A stretch of 40,360 bases of DNA from Planctomycetota bacterium (lineage in GTDB: Bacteria > Planctomycetota > UBA8108), in assembly GCA_046582735.1 (NCBI GenBank), contig JAYGDV010000040.1, positions 1 through 40,360 on the forward strand, in the 5' to 3' direction. A program made the translations under genes and the position numbers. Shown here one piece after another: positions 8,539 to 17,891 of the stretch. The notes under the pieces are model-generated. The model searched no databases, had not been told where the DNA came from, and saw nothing but the letters and a program-made list of their open reading frames with translations. Every line of letters begins with the position of its first letter. Position 1 is the stretch's first letter.

Positions 8539-9678
8539 TCAGGCCGGAAACAGTCCTTCCCGGCCTGCATCGAGGAAGCCGACCGGAAGGCCGTGATCTT
8601 CTCCTGAGCACATACAGGCCAGCATTTCTCCAAGCACGCTGGTGAATTTGAATCCGTGGCCGGAGAGCCCTGCGGCAAAGACGACGCGCTCGCACCCCGG
8701 GTGCCTTCCGAAGATGAAATGTTCATCGGGTGTGCAGGTGTAGAAACAGACCTCGTGACGTGTGAGCTCTTCTTCGACTCCCGGCAGGTAGTTTCCAAGG
8801 AAGTCACGCACCGAGGCAAGATCCTCTTCTTCAAGCTCCCGGCAGATTTCCAGGGGGTCTGCCACCTGCTGCCCGCCGCAATGCCGCGCCACCTTGATAC
8901 TCTCGCCATCGATGGAGGGGAAGCCGTAGAAGAATCCACCTGGTGTTTCAAAAACGAAAGAGGGGAATCCGGAGCTGTCCCGGTATTGTTCGCCCGGGCA
9001 GCGAAACCAGTAGAGATGTTTCCTGCGCACCTCCAGCGGAACACCCACCGTCTGCAGGAGCTCCGGCGCCCATGCCCCGGGAGTGATGACAAGGTTCGCA
9101 GCCTGGAACGACCCCCGGTCTGTTTCAACAGTGACCCTGTTTTCCTGTTCACTCCAGCCCAGGATGCTCACCCCGGTTTCCAGCTGTGCCCCCCGCCGTA
9201 CGGCCTCTTCGGCGTGGGCCCTTACACAGTTCTCAACGAGGAGGTAGCCGGCCCCTTTCTCATAAACAGCCTCCATGGAATCTCCCAGGGCGAAGCCGTT
9301 GAAACGTCCGGCAGCCTCGGCTGCCCCCAGCTCCTCAACCTCCAGGCTGTGTTCACGGGCGCTGCGCAGGACTCCCTCGACGATGAACCCGGCTGCGGGG
9401 CCGGCCTGCAGGAGCCCGGTTTCAAAGCGGAGCTTTTCGCTGCGCGCCTCCTCTAGCTGCCCCCAGAGGTGATGTGCCCGCTTGAGAAGCGGGACGTAAT
9501 CGGGGTGCTCGAAGTAGGCCATCCGGATAATCCGGGTGTCGCCGTGTGAGCTGCCGCGGTCGTGTCCCGGGGTAAAACGGTCAAGGCCCAGGACCTTGCA
9601 GCCCCTGGCGGCAAGGTGCATGAGGGCAGAGCTTCCCGCACCTCCGACACCGGCAACGATACAGTCATAGCTGTCCAT
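8539..9678 (-). CDS. solA: FAD-dependent N-methyl-L-tryptophan / monomeric sarcosine oxidase family protein
   Basis: N-terminal dinucleotide fold DCIVAGVGGAGSSALMHLAARG, then GSSHGDTRIIR, and the family signature AAGLSGHGFKF near the C-terminus. AGGAGA lies 5 nt upstream of the ATG. Confidence 0.8.
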   Translation of the reverse strand: MDSYDCIVAGVGGAGSSALMHLAARGCKVLGLDRFTPGHDRGSSHGDTRIIRMAYFEHPDYVPLLKRAHHLWGQLEEARSEKLRFETGLLQAGPAAGFIVEGVLRSAREHSLEVEELGAAEAAGRFNGFALGDSMEAVYEKGAGYLLVENCVRAHAEEAVRRGAQLETGVSILGWSEQENRVTVETDRGSFQAANLVITPGAWAPELLQTVGVPLEVRRKHLYWFRCPGEQYRDSSGFPSFVFETPGGFFYGFPSIDGESIKVARHCGGQQVADPLEICRELEEEDLASVRDFLGNYLPGVEEELTRHEVCFYTCTPDEHFIFGRHPGCERVVFAAGLSGHGFKFTSVLGEMLACMCSGEDHGLPVGFLDAGREGLFPA

Positions 9679-9707
9679 CGCGGTCTCCTGTCGGCCTTCT
9701 TCCAGAG

Positions 9708-10271
9708 TCAGTCATCGCCCAGGAACTCGGCCGCAAGCTCATCCCATCGCCCGCGCACCTGTGGACCCCAGCGGTCCATGGCCTTTTCGATGGAGGGCGT
9801 CTTTTTTTCTTTCCAGAGCTTCCCGGGTTTCTTGCTGTAGAACTTATCGGCAACGCAGATGATCTTTTCTTCAAGGCTCACCGGAAGGTAATCGCGTACG
9901 GGAAGCGGGAGACCTCCCTCACGAATTTCTTCGGCAGTAATACCTGCCCCGGTATGCCTCTCGCAGACGAGGGCATGGAGTTCCAGCCCTTCTTTTTCCA
10001 GGAGCTGCCGTCCCAGGATACCATGGGCGAGGTACGGTTCTGTCCCGCTGCAGTGCAACTGCGGGGCCTCGCAGAGCCCGATGCCGATATCATGCAGCAT
10101 CGCCGCCTCGGTCAGGAAATCAAGGTCGGGGGATTCGCCCGGGTGCCGGCTTGCCCAGTGCCTGGCAATCTCGCGTGCTTTTGCCGCCACGAGCGTCGAG
10201 TGGATCACGAGGAGTTCGAAGATCGACCCTGCCGGATCGTGATGGCGCGCTAGGATCTCGAGGGGATTCAA
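9708..10271 (-). CDS. HD-domain (HDIG-like) metal-dependent phosphohydrolase
   Basis: VIHSTLVAAKA...MLHDIGI contains H...HD signature residues, with a C-terminal small helical domain. The apparent TTG start lies 4 nt after the upstream gene's stop, which suggests coupling. The start is not certain. Confidence 0.65.
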   Translation of the reverse strand: MNPLEILARHHDPAGSIFELLVIHSTLVAAKAREIARHWASRHPGESPDLDFLTEAAMLHDIGIGLCEAPQLHCSGTEPYLAHGILGRQLLEKEGLELHALVCERHTGAGITAEEIREGGLPLPVRDYLPVSLEEKIICVADKFYSKKPGKLWKEKKTPSIEKAMDRWGPQVRGRWDELAAEFLGDD

Positions 10272-10275
10272 AGGA

Positions 10276-11388
10276 TCAGTTGCCGTCGAGAGGTTTGACC
10301 TGGAGGAATACCTTGACCGCTTTCTTCTCGGTGGTCAGGAGATGCATCATCTTCTCATATTCACCGAGGCCTTCAACCGGGTGGGAGAGCAGCTTATGCA
10401 GCCAGTCCGGGTAGGCGCTCTGGGCGTGGGCGAAATCTTTCACGCCCAGCTCGAAGTATTCCCGGTTCGCGTTGACCGTCCCGAACATCACCTTGTTGTG
10501 CAGGACAAAGTCGAGGTTTACCTGGTCGCCCGGAACCTCCACCTTGGTATCGCCACCGGTGATGCTGGTGAGTATAAGGATCCCGTTCTTGGCAAGGACC
10601 TCCATGGCCTTGAAGGCGATCCAGGACACTCCCGTTGCCTCGAATACCAGGTCAAAGGGACCGTATTTCTCTGCCACCTCGGTCAGGTCCATCTCCTCTG
10701 TGCTGAGGTAGCGGGCCCCGAGCTCTTCGATAAGCTCGGATTTGAGGTGGGGTGGGGGGGTCCGGGCCATGGTGACAACCTCAAGGCCGCTGAGTCTCAA
10801 CACCAGGGTCGCCAATTGTCCGATGGCTCCGGCGCCCAGCACCAGGGCCTTCCCGGGGCGCCAGAGCCGCAGTCTTTGCTGGATCTTGTAGGCCTGGACG
10901 ATTCCCTTTTCAACAACGCTCATGGGCTCCATGAGCACTCCTACCTTTCTGAGGGTGTCCGGCACCTTGACGAGGTACTCCGGTTCATCGACGTAATATT
11001 CCGTCAGGAAACCGTGCAGCAGGTTGATGCCTCGCTCGTAGTAGGTTTCGTCGGTGGTCATATCGTAATGACCGATCTTATCGTAGAGGCTGTTTCCAGG
11101 ACGGCGGACCGTGGCGGTCACATAGTCTCCCGGCTTCAGCTCCGTAACGTTTTCTCCGGTCTCCACGACCCTCCCGAAGCTCTCGTGGCCGATGACAAGA
11201 AAGTCATAGCCGGGAGGGGCGCCACCGTACTCGGCGGCATTGATCTCCTTGTCGGTTCCATCTACGCCGACCTGGAGAACCTCGACCAGGACGCCTCGGC
11301 CGTTGGGAACGTCATCGAGGGCTGGTTTCTCGAGCTCTGCGAGGTGAACACTGCCGGGTGTTCCGGGGATGACCGCGATTGCTTGCAA
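10276..11388 (-). CDS. Zn-dependent medium-chain dehydrogenase, archaeal-type glucose 1-dehydrogenase-like
   Basis: (M)[21 protein letters not shown]...[10 protein letters not shown]...[12 protein letters not shown] shows MDR GroES-like plus Rossmann motifs. The track ORF extends to 11772, but that 128-aa extension is Pro/Ser/Ala junk. An in-frame TTG at 11388 with GGAG 10 nt upstream gives the canonical MxAIAV start and a product of 370 aa. Confidence 0.75.
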   Translation of the reverse strand: MQAIAVIPGTPGSVHLAELEKPALDDVPNGRGVLVEVLQVGVDGTDKEINAAEYGGAPPGYDFLVIGHESFGRVVETGENVTELKPGDYVTATVRRPGNSLYDKIGHYDMTTDETYYERGINLLHGFLTEYYVDEPEYLVKVPDTLRKVGVLMEPMSVVEKGIVQAYKIQQRLRLWRPGKALVLGAGAIGQLATLVLRLSGLEVVTMARTPPPHLKSELIEELGARYLSTEEMDLTEVAEKYGPFDLVFEATGVSWIAFKAMEVLAKNGILILTSITGGDTKVEVPGDQVNLDFVLHNKVMFGTVNANREYFELGVKDFAHAQSAYPDWLHKLLSHPVEGLGEYEKMMHLLTTEKKAVKVFLQVKPLDGN

Positions 11389-11545
11389 AGATCGAACGCT
11401 CCATGGGGGTTTACTGTTGAGGGCGGTATTGTCACCACAAGGCACCGCCAAATCAAGAGATGGAAGAAACGGTCCCGCCCGTAGTATTCTGGGTAGCGTA
11501 CATTTACCGGTTTTCCGGCAGGCGCCGGAATCAGAAGGGGACGAA

Positions 11546-13702
11546 ATGAACTGCACGATGAAATGGAGCTTACTGGCGGCTGTTTCCCTGTTTTTCCCGG
11601 CCTGGCTGGCTGGTCCACAGGGCGGATATCTTGCCGCGCAGGAAGAAGCAGCTGGTTCCGGGCCCAGGGCGGAGATGCTCCGGCAGGAGCTGCGTAAGCA
11701 TATCGAAAAGATGGACAAGGCGGCGGACAGGTTGAAAGCGCCTGATTTCCCAAAGGGTAAGGAATGGTTCAATTCGCCATCGCTCTCCCTCGAGCGAGAG
11801 CTGCGCGGTAAGATTGTCGTGCTGGATTTCTGGACCTATTGCTGTATCAACTGCATCCATGTGCTGCCGGACCTCGCCTGGCTCGAGCACCGTTTTTCTG
11901 GATACCCGGTGGCTTTTGTCGGGGTTCATTCAGCCAAGTTTGATAACGAGAAGGTGTCGGAAAATATAAGACAGGCCGTCCTTCGCTACGAGATTGCGCA
12001 CCCGGTTATCAACGATGATGAGATGAAGATGTGGAGGGGCATCGGTGTGCGCAGCTGGCCGAGCATCGCGCTTGTCGGGCCGCGCGGTAACCTGCTTCTG
12101 CTGGTAGCCGGAGAGGGCCAGCGCGATGTGCTGGAGGCGGCGATTTCTGCGACGCTTGACTTCTATCCGGCCGACTCTTTCAGGCATGATCCCATTCCTG
12201 TTCAGCTCGAGAGCAGGAAGAACCCGGTTAAATCACCACTGCGTTTTCCAGGCAAGCTGGCCATCGACACCCCGGGCAAGCGGCTCTTCATCAGTGACTC
12301 CAACAACCATCGAATCGTGGTGACGGATCTCCAGGGAAAGTTCATCGAGTCTATCGGCAGCGGGCGAGTCGGCCTGCGGGATGGCGGTTATGCGGATGCG
12401 AGGTTCAACAGGCTCCAGGGCCTTGCCGTAGATGGCGACCGTCTCTACGTTGCCGACAGCGAGAACCATGCGCTGCGCGTTGTGGATCTGTCCGCGAAGA
12501 CGGTCTCGACCCTGGCCGGCGATGGGGTCCAGGGCAGGGACTACATCGGCGGCGGCAAGGGGCGAACGCAGCAGCTCAGCACTCCCTGGGACGTTACCGT
12601 CGACAGCTCGAGGGTGTATATCGCCATGGCGGGCACCCACCAGATCTGGACCTACGACAAGAAAAAGGGGACCGTGAAAAACTTCAGCGGAACCGGACGG
12701 GAACAGAACAGCAACGCACCCGACCGTCTCCTGGCTGCGTGGGCACAGCCCTCCGGCCTGAGCATTGGCCGTGGAAAGCTCTATATCGCCGACAGCGAGA
12801 GCAGCACGGTTCGTGCCATCGACCTCAAGAGCGGTGCAACCTCTACCCTGGTAGGAGGAGAGGATGCCGCGCCGAGGAATCTCTTCGCCTTCGGAGATGT
12901 CGATGGAGTCGGGGAGAAGGCTCGCCTGCAGCATGACCTCGGGGTGCTCTGGCTCGAGGCCAGTGCCCGGGTTGCCGTGGCTGACACCTACAACCATCGG
13001 CTCAAGCTGCTGGATCCGGCGAAAAACCGGGTAGCGAGGTGGATCGGATCGGGGAAGCCAGGCCTGCGCGATGGCAAGGGGCTCGAGGCGCAGTTTTCGG
13101 AGCCCTCCGGATTTGCGCTTGCCCCCGGAGGCAAGCAGCTTTTCATAGCTGATACGAACAACCACGCGATCCGTATTGCTGACCTGGAAACCCTGGAGGT
13201 CAGCACGCTCAAGCTCCAGGGGGTTCCGGCGCCCCTGTCGCCGCTTGCCCCGCGCAGCCAGCGCCTCGCTGATCTGCCCGGCACTGTCGAGGTGAAAAGC
13301 AAGGGCCTGAAGCTTGAAGCAGGTGCCGGTGGTAAGCTGGTGCTCAGGCTGGCGCTTCCCGCGAAGCACTACTATTCGAAATCTGCTCCGAGTCGCTGGC
13401 AGCTCCTGGCTTCAGATTCTTCACCTGTCCTGTTGAAGGAGGAGGCGGCCCAGGGAGCTCTCGGGGCGGGTGGAGACATCGTGATCCCCCTTGAGGCGGT
13501 AGTCTCCGACGCCAGCGGCGAGGTGCTTGTTGAAGCCCTGGCCTACTATTGCGATGACGCCGGCACCTGCAAAGTTTCCGGCGTGATCTTCAAGGTTCCC
13601 GTGTCGGTTGGAACAGGAGGAGCTGCGGAGGCAGTGCTTGAGCATACCTTCGGACTCAAGGCTCCTGATTTCAGCAATCCCTTCAAGACCGGCGGCAAGT
13701 AG
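11546..13702 (+). CDS. Exported NHLRC2-like protein: thioredoxin-like domain (CCINC motif) + six-bladed NHL beta-propeller + C-terminal beta domain
   Basis: ATG 11546 has GAAGGGG 5 nt upstream and yields the signal peptide [23 protein letters not shown]. The Trx-like motif reads [21 protein letters not shown]. There are repeated NHL blades (...[12 protein letters not shown]..., ...[13 protein letters not shown]..., ...[13 protein letters not shown]..., ...[13 protein letters not shown]..., ...[13 protein letters not shown]...). Confidence 0.85.
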   Translation: MNCTMKWSLLAAVSLFFPAWLAGPQGGYLAAQEEAAGSGPRAEMLRQELRKHIEKMDKAADRLKAPDFPKGKEWFNSPSLSLERELRGKIVVLDFWTYCCINCIHVLPDLAWLEHRFSGYPVAFVGVHSAKFDNEKVSENIRQAVLRYEIAHPVINDDEMKMWRGIGVRSWPSIALVGPRGNLLLLVAGEGQRDVLEAAISATLDFYPADSFRHDPIPVQLESRKNPVKSPLRFPGKLAIDTPGKRLFISDSNNHRIVVTDLQGKFIESIGSGRVGLRDGGYADARFNRLQGLAVDGDRLYVADSENHALRVVDLSAKTVSTLAGDGVQGRDYIGGGKGRTQQLSTPWDVTVDSSRVYIAMAGTHQIWTYDKKKGTVKNFSGTGREQNSNAPDRLLAAWAQPSGLSIGRGKLYIADSESSTVRAIDLKSGATSTLVGGEDAAPRNLFAFGDVDGVGEKARLQHDLGVLWLEASARVAVADTYNHRLKLLDPAKNRVARWIGSGKPGLRDGKGLEAQFSEPSGFALAPGGKQLFIADTNNHAIRIADLETLEVSTLKLQGVPAPLSPLAPRSQRLADLPGTVEVKSKGLKLEAGAGGKLVLRLALPAKHYYSKSAPSRWQLLASDSSPVLLKEEAAQGALGAGGDIVIPLEAVVSDASGEVLVEALAYYCDDAGTCKVSGVIFKVPVSVGTGGAAEAVLEHTFGLKAPDFSNPFKTGGK

Positions 13703-13755
13703 TGATGGGTCTTGTTTTGATTCTGTTCTCAGGTACTGCAGAAAGCGGAAACTAA

Positions 13756-14607
13756 ATGCCAGCAGATCCGGAACTGTCCGGTTTCAGTTTTACCTTCCTC
13801 GGTACCGGCACCTCTGCAGGTGTACCCGTCATCGGTTGTCAATGCGATGTCTGCACTTCCGATGATCAGCGTGACAGGCGACGGCGGGCCAGTGTCTGCC
13901 TGGAATTTATCGATGGAGAGGGGGAGGATCGGGTCATCCTGGTTGACACCTCGCCGGATCTTCGCGCCCAGGCCCTCGATCATCAACTCGAGCGTTGCGA
14001 TGCAATTCTCTTCACCCATGATCACGTGGACCATACCTTCGGCCTTGACGAGGTGCGCCGGTTCAATGCGGTTATGGGCTCCGCGATTGACATTTACGCT
14101 GAGAAGGAGACCCTTGATTTTCTGCACAGAGTTTACCGGCATATTTTTGAAGCGGAGAAAAACGTTAACGCATCCTTTGTCGCAAGCCTTGTGGAACATG
14201 AGCTTCGGGTGGGGGAGCCCCTCGATCTCCATGGGCTTCGTTTTACCCCGCTTCGACTGCTGCATGGACGCCAGCGCATCCTCGGCTTCAGGATCGAGGC
14301 GTTGAACGATTCAGCGGAAGTTGCACAGAGGCAACCCGGGCCGCTGCCGCTGGCCTATTGTACCGATGTGTCGGAGATTCCAGATGAGACCTGGCCGGTC
14401 CTGGAGGGCCTGCAGACGGTTGTTCTTGATATGCTGCGTCCGCAGGGCCATCCGACCCACTTCTCGACGTCGGAGGCCATCGCCGCCGCCGGTGAAATAA
14501 GCGCCGGGCAGACCTGGTTTACCCATATGACCCACGACATCTCCCATGCCGGGCTGGAATTGCCTGCCGGGCTGGAACTTGCGTATGACGGCCTGGTCCT
14601 GCGGTAA
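13756..14607 (+). CDS. MBL-fold metallo-hydrolase, PhnP-like phosphodiesterase family
   Basis: FLGTGTSAGVPVIGCQCDVCTS is a Cys-rich structural-Zn motif typical of PhnP-like proteins. The beta-lactamase-fold motif LFTHDHVDH is present. Confidence 0.8.
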   Translation: MPADPELSGFSFTFLGTGTSAGVPVIGCQCDVCTSDDQRDRRRRASVCLEFIDGEGEDRVILVDTSPDLRAQALDHQLERCDAILFTHDHVDHTFGLDEVRRFNAVMGSAIDIYAEKETLDFLHRVYRHIFEAEKNVNASFVASLVEHELRVGEPLDLHGLRFTPLRLLHGRQRILGFRIEALNDSAEVAQRQPGPLPLAYCTDVSEIPDETWPVLEGLQTVVLDMLRPQGHPTHFSTSEAIAAAGEISAGQTWFTHMTHDISHAGLELPAGLELAYDGLVLR

Positions 14608-14648
14608 TACCGGCGAAGGTAATTCCTGCCCGCAGAGTGCTGCAGAGC

Positions 14649-16112
14649 TCATTTGCTTCTGCTGTGGCGGTAAAGTTCCGTAAGCAGCAGGATTGCAAGG
14701 AGAAGGAGACAGGCGGGGCCGAGAGCCCATCCCCAGGCTGCAAAGTGGCTGGGCCCCCTGTTGAGTGGCGGCGCAGGAATTGTATTCACAGTGGCCCAGG
14801 CCTGGCCCCGGGGGGCCTGCGCTACAATTGAGCCCCGGTCATTACAGATAGCCGAAATTCCGCCTTGGGTTGCCCGGCATGTCCATGCGCCGGCTTCCCT
14901 GGCTCGGAAGGCCTCCAGCCGGGAACGAAGATGACCATAGACCCCCTGGCTGTTGGTTTCATTATTGCCGGCGATCAGAAAAAGCCTCGCTCCCCTGGCG
15001 GCGAGGGAGCGCATCCGGATCGCTGAGTGGTGCACTGAGTCTGAAACCAGGGCTGCTTTCGTGTCCCCTATTTCAAACAGAAGAGCCTCCTCGTTGTTTG
15101 CTCCTCTTTTGAGCCGGGCAACGATCTCTCCATCTGCTCCGATGTGGAGGATACCAGGTCCCTTTGCCGTGTCCCGATCGCCACTCCCACCGGGCTTGTT
15201 CGCGATGCCGACTACGACAGGGACTTTTTCTTTTCGGCTCAGAGCGCGGAGGTCCTCCTCGAGCCATTCCTGCCGGTCAGCTTCGACAAGGAAACTATCG
15301 GCTGGAAAGAGGATCAATTGAGGTTTGGAGCCGGACAATTGTTTTGCAAGCTCGAGGTGTTTTCCGTTGTCTTCCCCTGCGGTCTGGACTACCCCGATTA
15401 TCGTGGTTGCCGAAGGTGTCGATGGCGCCGCATGATCTCTTCCTGCGACCAGCATCCCGATAACTGCGAGGGCGCCTGAAAGGGCGCAGGCCAGCTGTAC
15501 TCGGCTGCGTTTGTTTTTCAAGGTGAGGTAGAAGGCGCAGTTGACCAGGCACATTATGAAGCCGAGTCCCGACAAGCCAACGACCGCAGCGGAGCATGCT
15601 TCCGGGTTGGCGGGCTTGATGGCCTGCCCCAGCTGGAACCAGGGCATCGCCATAGGGATCCATTCGGTGCGAAGGAGCTCAATCCCTGTCCATAGAACGG
15701 CCAGTCCGGGAAGTACCGCCAGGGGTGATGGGTGCCGGAAAAACCACCCCCCCGTGGAGCAGAAGAGCATCCAGGAGCCCGTCACCAGCAGGATGGCTAC
15801 AGCGGTTTCCAGGAGAGCTGCCGAGGGCGTGAAAAATTCTCCGTCCGCCGTCTGAAGTTGCCAGCAGCAGGTGATGAGACCGAAGAACAGTCCGTGCAGC
15901 AGCCGCCATTTCAGGCTGTAGCGATGACGCTCCAGGCTGATAAAGAGGGGGAGCAGCCCGAACCAGGGGATGACCCGCTCCAGGATGCCGCTGTGTTCGA
16001 AAAAACACAGGGACAGCAGCATCGCAGAGAGGGGGCCGCCGAGAAAAACCCCTCCTCGCGGTTTTTCCCGGGAGTCATTCCGTCTGCCTTCGGCGGGTTT
16101 TGAGATCGGCAC
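14649..16112 (-). CDS. Apolipoprotein N-acyltransferase (Lnt)-like membrane protein with CN-hydrolase domain; catalytic triad apparently substituted
   Basis: Multiple N-terminal TM helices plus a C-terminal nitrilase-like domain (IIGVVQT..., FRAREAG, RATQGGISAICNDRG) and a final TM helix. The track ORF starts at TTG 16271, but that stretch is AT-richer and non-hydrophobic. GTG 16112 has GGAAGG 6 nt upstream; ATG 16022 is the alternative. Confidence 0.65.
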   Translation of the reverse strand: MPISKPAEGRRNDSREKPRGGVFLGGPLSAMLLSLCFFEHSGILERVIPWFGLLPLFISLERHRYSLKWRLLHGLFFGLITCCWQLQTADGEFFTPSAALLETAVAILLVTGSWMLFCSTGGWFFRHPSPLAVLPGLAVLWTGIELLRTEWIPMAMPWFQLGQAIKPANPEACSAAVVGLSGLGFIMCLVNCAFYLTLKNKRSRVQLACALSGALAVIGMLVAGRDHAAPSTPSATTIIGVVQTAGEDNGKHLELAKQLSGSKPQLILFPADSFLVEADRQEWLEEDLRALSRKEKVPVVVGIANKPGGSGDRDTAKGPGILHIGADGEIVARLKRGANNEEALLFEIGDTKAALVSDSVHHSAIRMRSLAARGARLFLIAGNNETNSQGVYGHLRSRLEAFRAREAGAWTCRATQGGISAICNDRGSIVAQAPRGQAWATVNTIPAPPLNRGPSHFAAWGWALGPACLLLLAILLLTELYRHSRSK

Positions 16113-16398
16113 TTGGGACCTTCCGGTTATTGTCCGGGCCTGATTCGGACCTTCATCAATTTTTGACCACGCTGCGTGCGGAGGTTCTTTCTGTAAGGCA
16201 TTTCCAATTGTCGAAGCTTTCAGTAATTGAACGGGAAAAGTATCTGTGAAAGGCAGTTGAGCATCCAGCAAATCCCCTGCTGGAGGATGATAGCTACTGC
16301 CCGGAATATGGGACTTTAACTGGCGGTTGGTAAAGGGTTAAGATGAAGGTCATCGCAGAATCTTCCGGCTCTGTGATGGTTGGAGTCTCAGAGGAACG

Positions 16399-16998
16399 AT
16401 GCAAACTACCTGCCTTACCGATCCCACCCTGGTTCTGAACAAAAACTGGCTACCGATACAGGTTTGTCCAGTACGCCGCGCTTTCACACTGCTGTTCAAG
16501 GGCCTTGCCCGTGTTGTCGAACCGCAGGACTACTCTCTCTATGATTTTGACAGATGGTCGGACCTGGCCATCCCCCGTGGCGAGCCGTTCGTCCAGGGTG
16601 TCCGCAGTCGCATTCGAATTCCCGAGGTCATCGTTCTGCAGGGATGCGACCGTTTTAACCGGCCGCGGGTGGCCTTCACCCGCCGCAATCTCTTTCGCCG
16701 TGATCGTAATTGTTGCCAGTATTGCGGCAAGAAATGTTCCACCGAGGACCTCTCGATTGACCATGTTATTCCCAGGTGCGCAGGTGGAGAGGGCAGCTGG
16801 ACCAATTGCGTGGTCGCCTGTCTTGCCTGCAATGCCCGCAAAGGAGGGCGGCTGGTAGGCGAGGCGGGGATGCACCTGCTGCGCGAACCGGTTGAGCCAC
16901 CCGCCCAGTCGGCCTTTACGCTTCACGTCAATCGTCGCAAAGCAAGCTGGGAACATTTTGTCAGCGAGGCCTACTGGAACACCGAGTTGAAGCCCTGA
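16399..16998 (+). CDS. Stand-alone HNH endonuclease (about 200 aa)
   Basis: CCQYCGKKCSTEDLSIDHVIPRCAGGEGSWTNCVVACLACNARKG is an HNH/zinc-ribbon core, with a conserved-looking N-terminal domain. GAGGA lies 4 nt upstream of the ATG. Confidence 0.85.
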   Translation: MQTTCLTDPTLVLNKNWLPIQVCPVRRAFTLLFKGLARVVEPQDYSLYDFDRWSDLAIPRGEPFVQGVRSRIRIPEVIVLQGCDRFNRPRVAFTRRNLFRRDRNCCQYCGKKCSTEDLSIDHVIPRCAGGEGSWTNCVVACLACNARKGGRLVGEAGMHLLREPVEPPAQSAFTLHVNRRKASWEHFVSEAYWNTELKP

Positions 16999-17009
16999 GC
17001 AGGAGGAGG

Positions 17010-17032
17010 CCGGGTGTAATCTCCGGGTTTTT
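17010..17032 (+). terminator. Weak intrinsic-terminator candidate after the HNH gene
   Basis: CCGG(G)-tgtaatc-(T)CCGG is a short stem followed by GTTTTT (17028..17032), 12 nt after the stop codon. Confidence 0.3.
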
Positions 17033-17040
17033 GTCTTGGC

Positions 17041-17069
17041 TTGACTCCTGCCGCGCAGCGGCCCATTAT
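17041..17069 (+). promoter_or_regulatory. Sigma70-like promoter candidate for the SDR/chrA genes
   Basis: TTGACT (17041..17046), a 17-nt spacer, then CATTAT (17064..17069), about 55 nt upstream of ATG 17124. Confidence 0.3.
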
Positions 17070-17123
17070 GCTCCTGTTGTTTGCGGATAAGGGTTAACCC
17101 GCAGTTCCTTCATATTCCACCTT

Positions 17124-17891
17124 ATGGATGATGTCATGCCATTTTCCCTCGATGGCCGAGTTGCCCTGGTGACCGGAAGTTCAACAGGACTCGGTAAGGC
17201 AATCGCCTTTGGCCTGGCCCGCTGTGGAGCCAGGGTCGCACTGAACTATTACAACAACGAGGAGCGCGCAGCGAAAACTTTCAGTGAATTCGAGGCTGAG
17301 GGCTTCGAGGGACTGATGCTGCGTGCAGATGTGTCCGACGAAGAGTCGGTGAACGCCCTGTGCGATGAGGTTGCCGGGAAACTCGGCGGTATCGATATCC
17401 TCGTCGTCAATGCGACTCCTGACCAGCCTCAGATGCCGATCGAAGAGTTCACCTGGAAGCATTTTCAGACGATGATCGATTTCTTTATCAAGAGCCCCTA
17501 CCTGCTTACAAGGGCGGTTCTGCCGCATATGAAGGAAAAACGCCGGGGCCGGATCATCAATATCACCAGCGAGGTTTTCCAGCGCAGCATCGGCAACTTC
17601 AGTGCCTATGTGTCAGCCAAGGGCGGGCAGATTGGTTTTACCCGTAGCATGGCTACCGAGCTGGCGCCGTTCAATATCACCGTCAATCTCGTAGCACCGG
17701 GCTGGATTCCGGTCGAGCGGCATGAAAACGATCCCCAGGAGCAGAAGGATGGATACAGGGAGTCGATCCCGATGGACCGGTGGGGGGTTCCTGATGATAT
17801 TGCCGGAGCGGTTGCCTATTACGCCAGCGAGGAGGCTGGGTTCGTGACCGGACAGACGATCTGTGTCAACGGGGGGATGAGTCCCTGGTAG
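17124..17891 (+). CDS. SDR-family oxidoreductase (FabG-like short-chain dehydrogenase)
   Basis: GRVALVTGSSTGLGKAIA is the TGxxxGxG motif. The NITSEV Ser and the YVSAK (YxxxK) catalytic motif are present, and the C-terminus reads GQTICVNGG. Confidence 0.85.
   Translation: MDDVMPFSLDGRVALVTGSSTGLGKAIAFGLARCGARVALNYYNNEERAAKTFSEFEAEGFEGLMLRADVSDEESVNALCDEVAGKLGGIDILVVNATPDQPQMPIEEFTWKHFQTMIDFFIKSPYLLTRAVLPHMKEKRRGRIINITSEVFQRSIGNFSAYVSAKGGQIGFTRSMATELAPFNITVNLVAPGWIPVERHENDPQEQKDGYRESIPMDRWGVPDDIAGAVAYYASEEAGFVTGQTICVNGGMSPW

Noticed and set aside
8521-8553. CTGTTTCC-N17-GGAAACAG inverted repeat between or over the convergent gene ends, considered as a bidirectional terminator
   Set aside because: It has only an 8-bp stem with a 17-nt loop. 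It overlaps the solA stop and C-terminal codons, and the T run sits inside the loop rather than after the stem. This is too weak to call.
10342-11484. Long shadow ORFs opposite real genes: 10342..11484 (+), 12233..13369 (-), 26587..27639 (+), 27377..28330 (-), 30621..31694 (-), 36762..37748 (-), 38187..39173 (-), 19333..19995 (-), 20400..21236 (-)
   Set aside because: In each case the other strand encodes a protein with recognisable family motifs (MDR dehydrogenase, NHL repeats, TPR/signal peptide, DtxR, amidohydrolase modules, kinase). The shadow products are compositionally skewed and motif-free.
11389-11772. N-terminal extensions of track ORFs (10276..11772, 7038.., 11369.., 26479..27627, 27548.., 14649..16271, 28182..30224, 30489..)
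   Set aside because: The extensions begin at the farthest ATG/GTG/TTG. They overlap neighbouring genes or AT-richer non-coding sequence and lack domain continuity. Internal starts with SD-like sequences give canonical N-termini or signal peptides.
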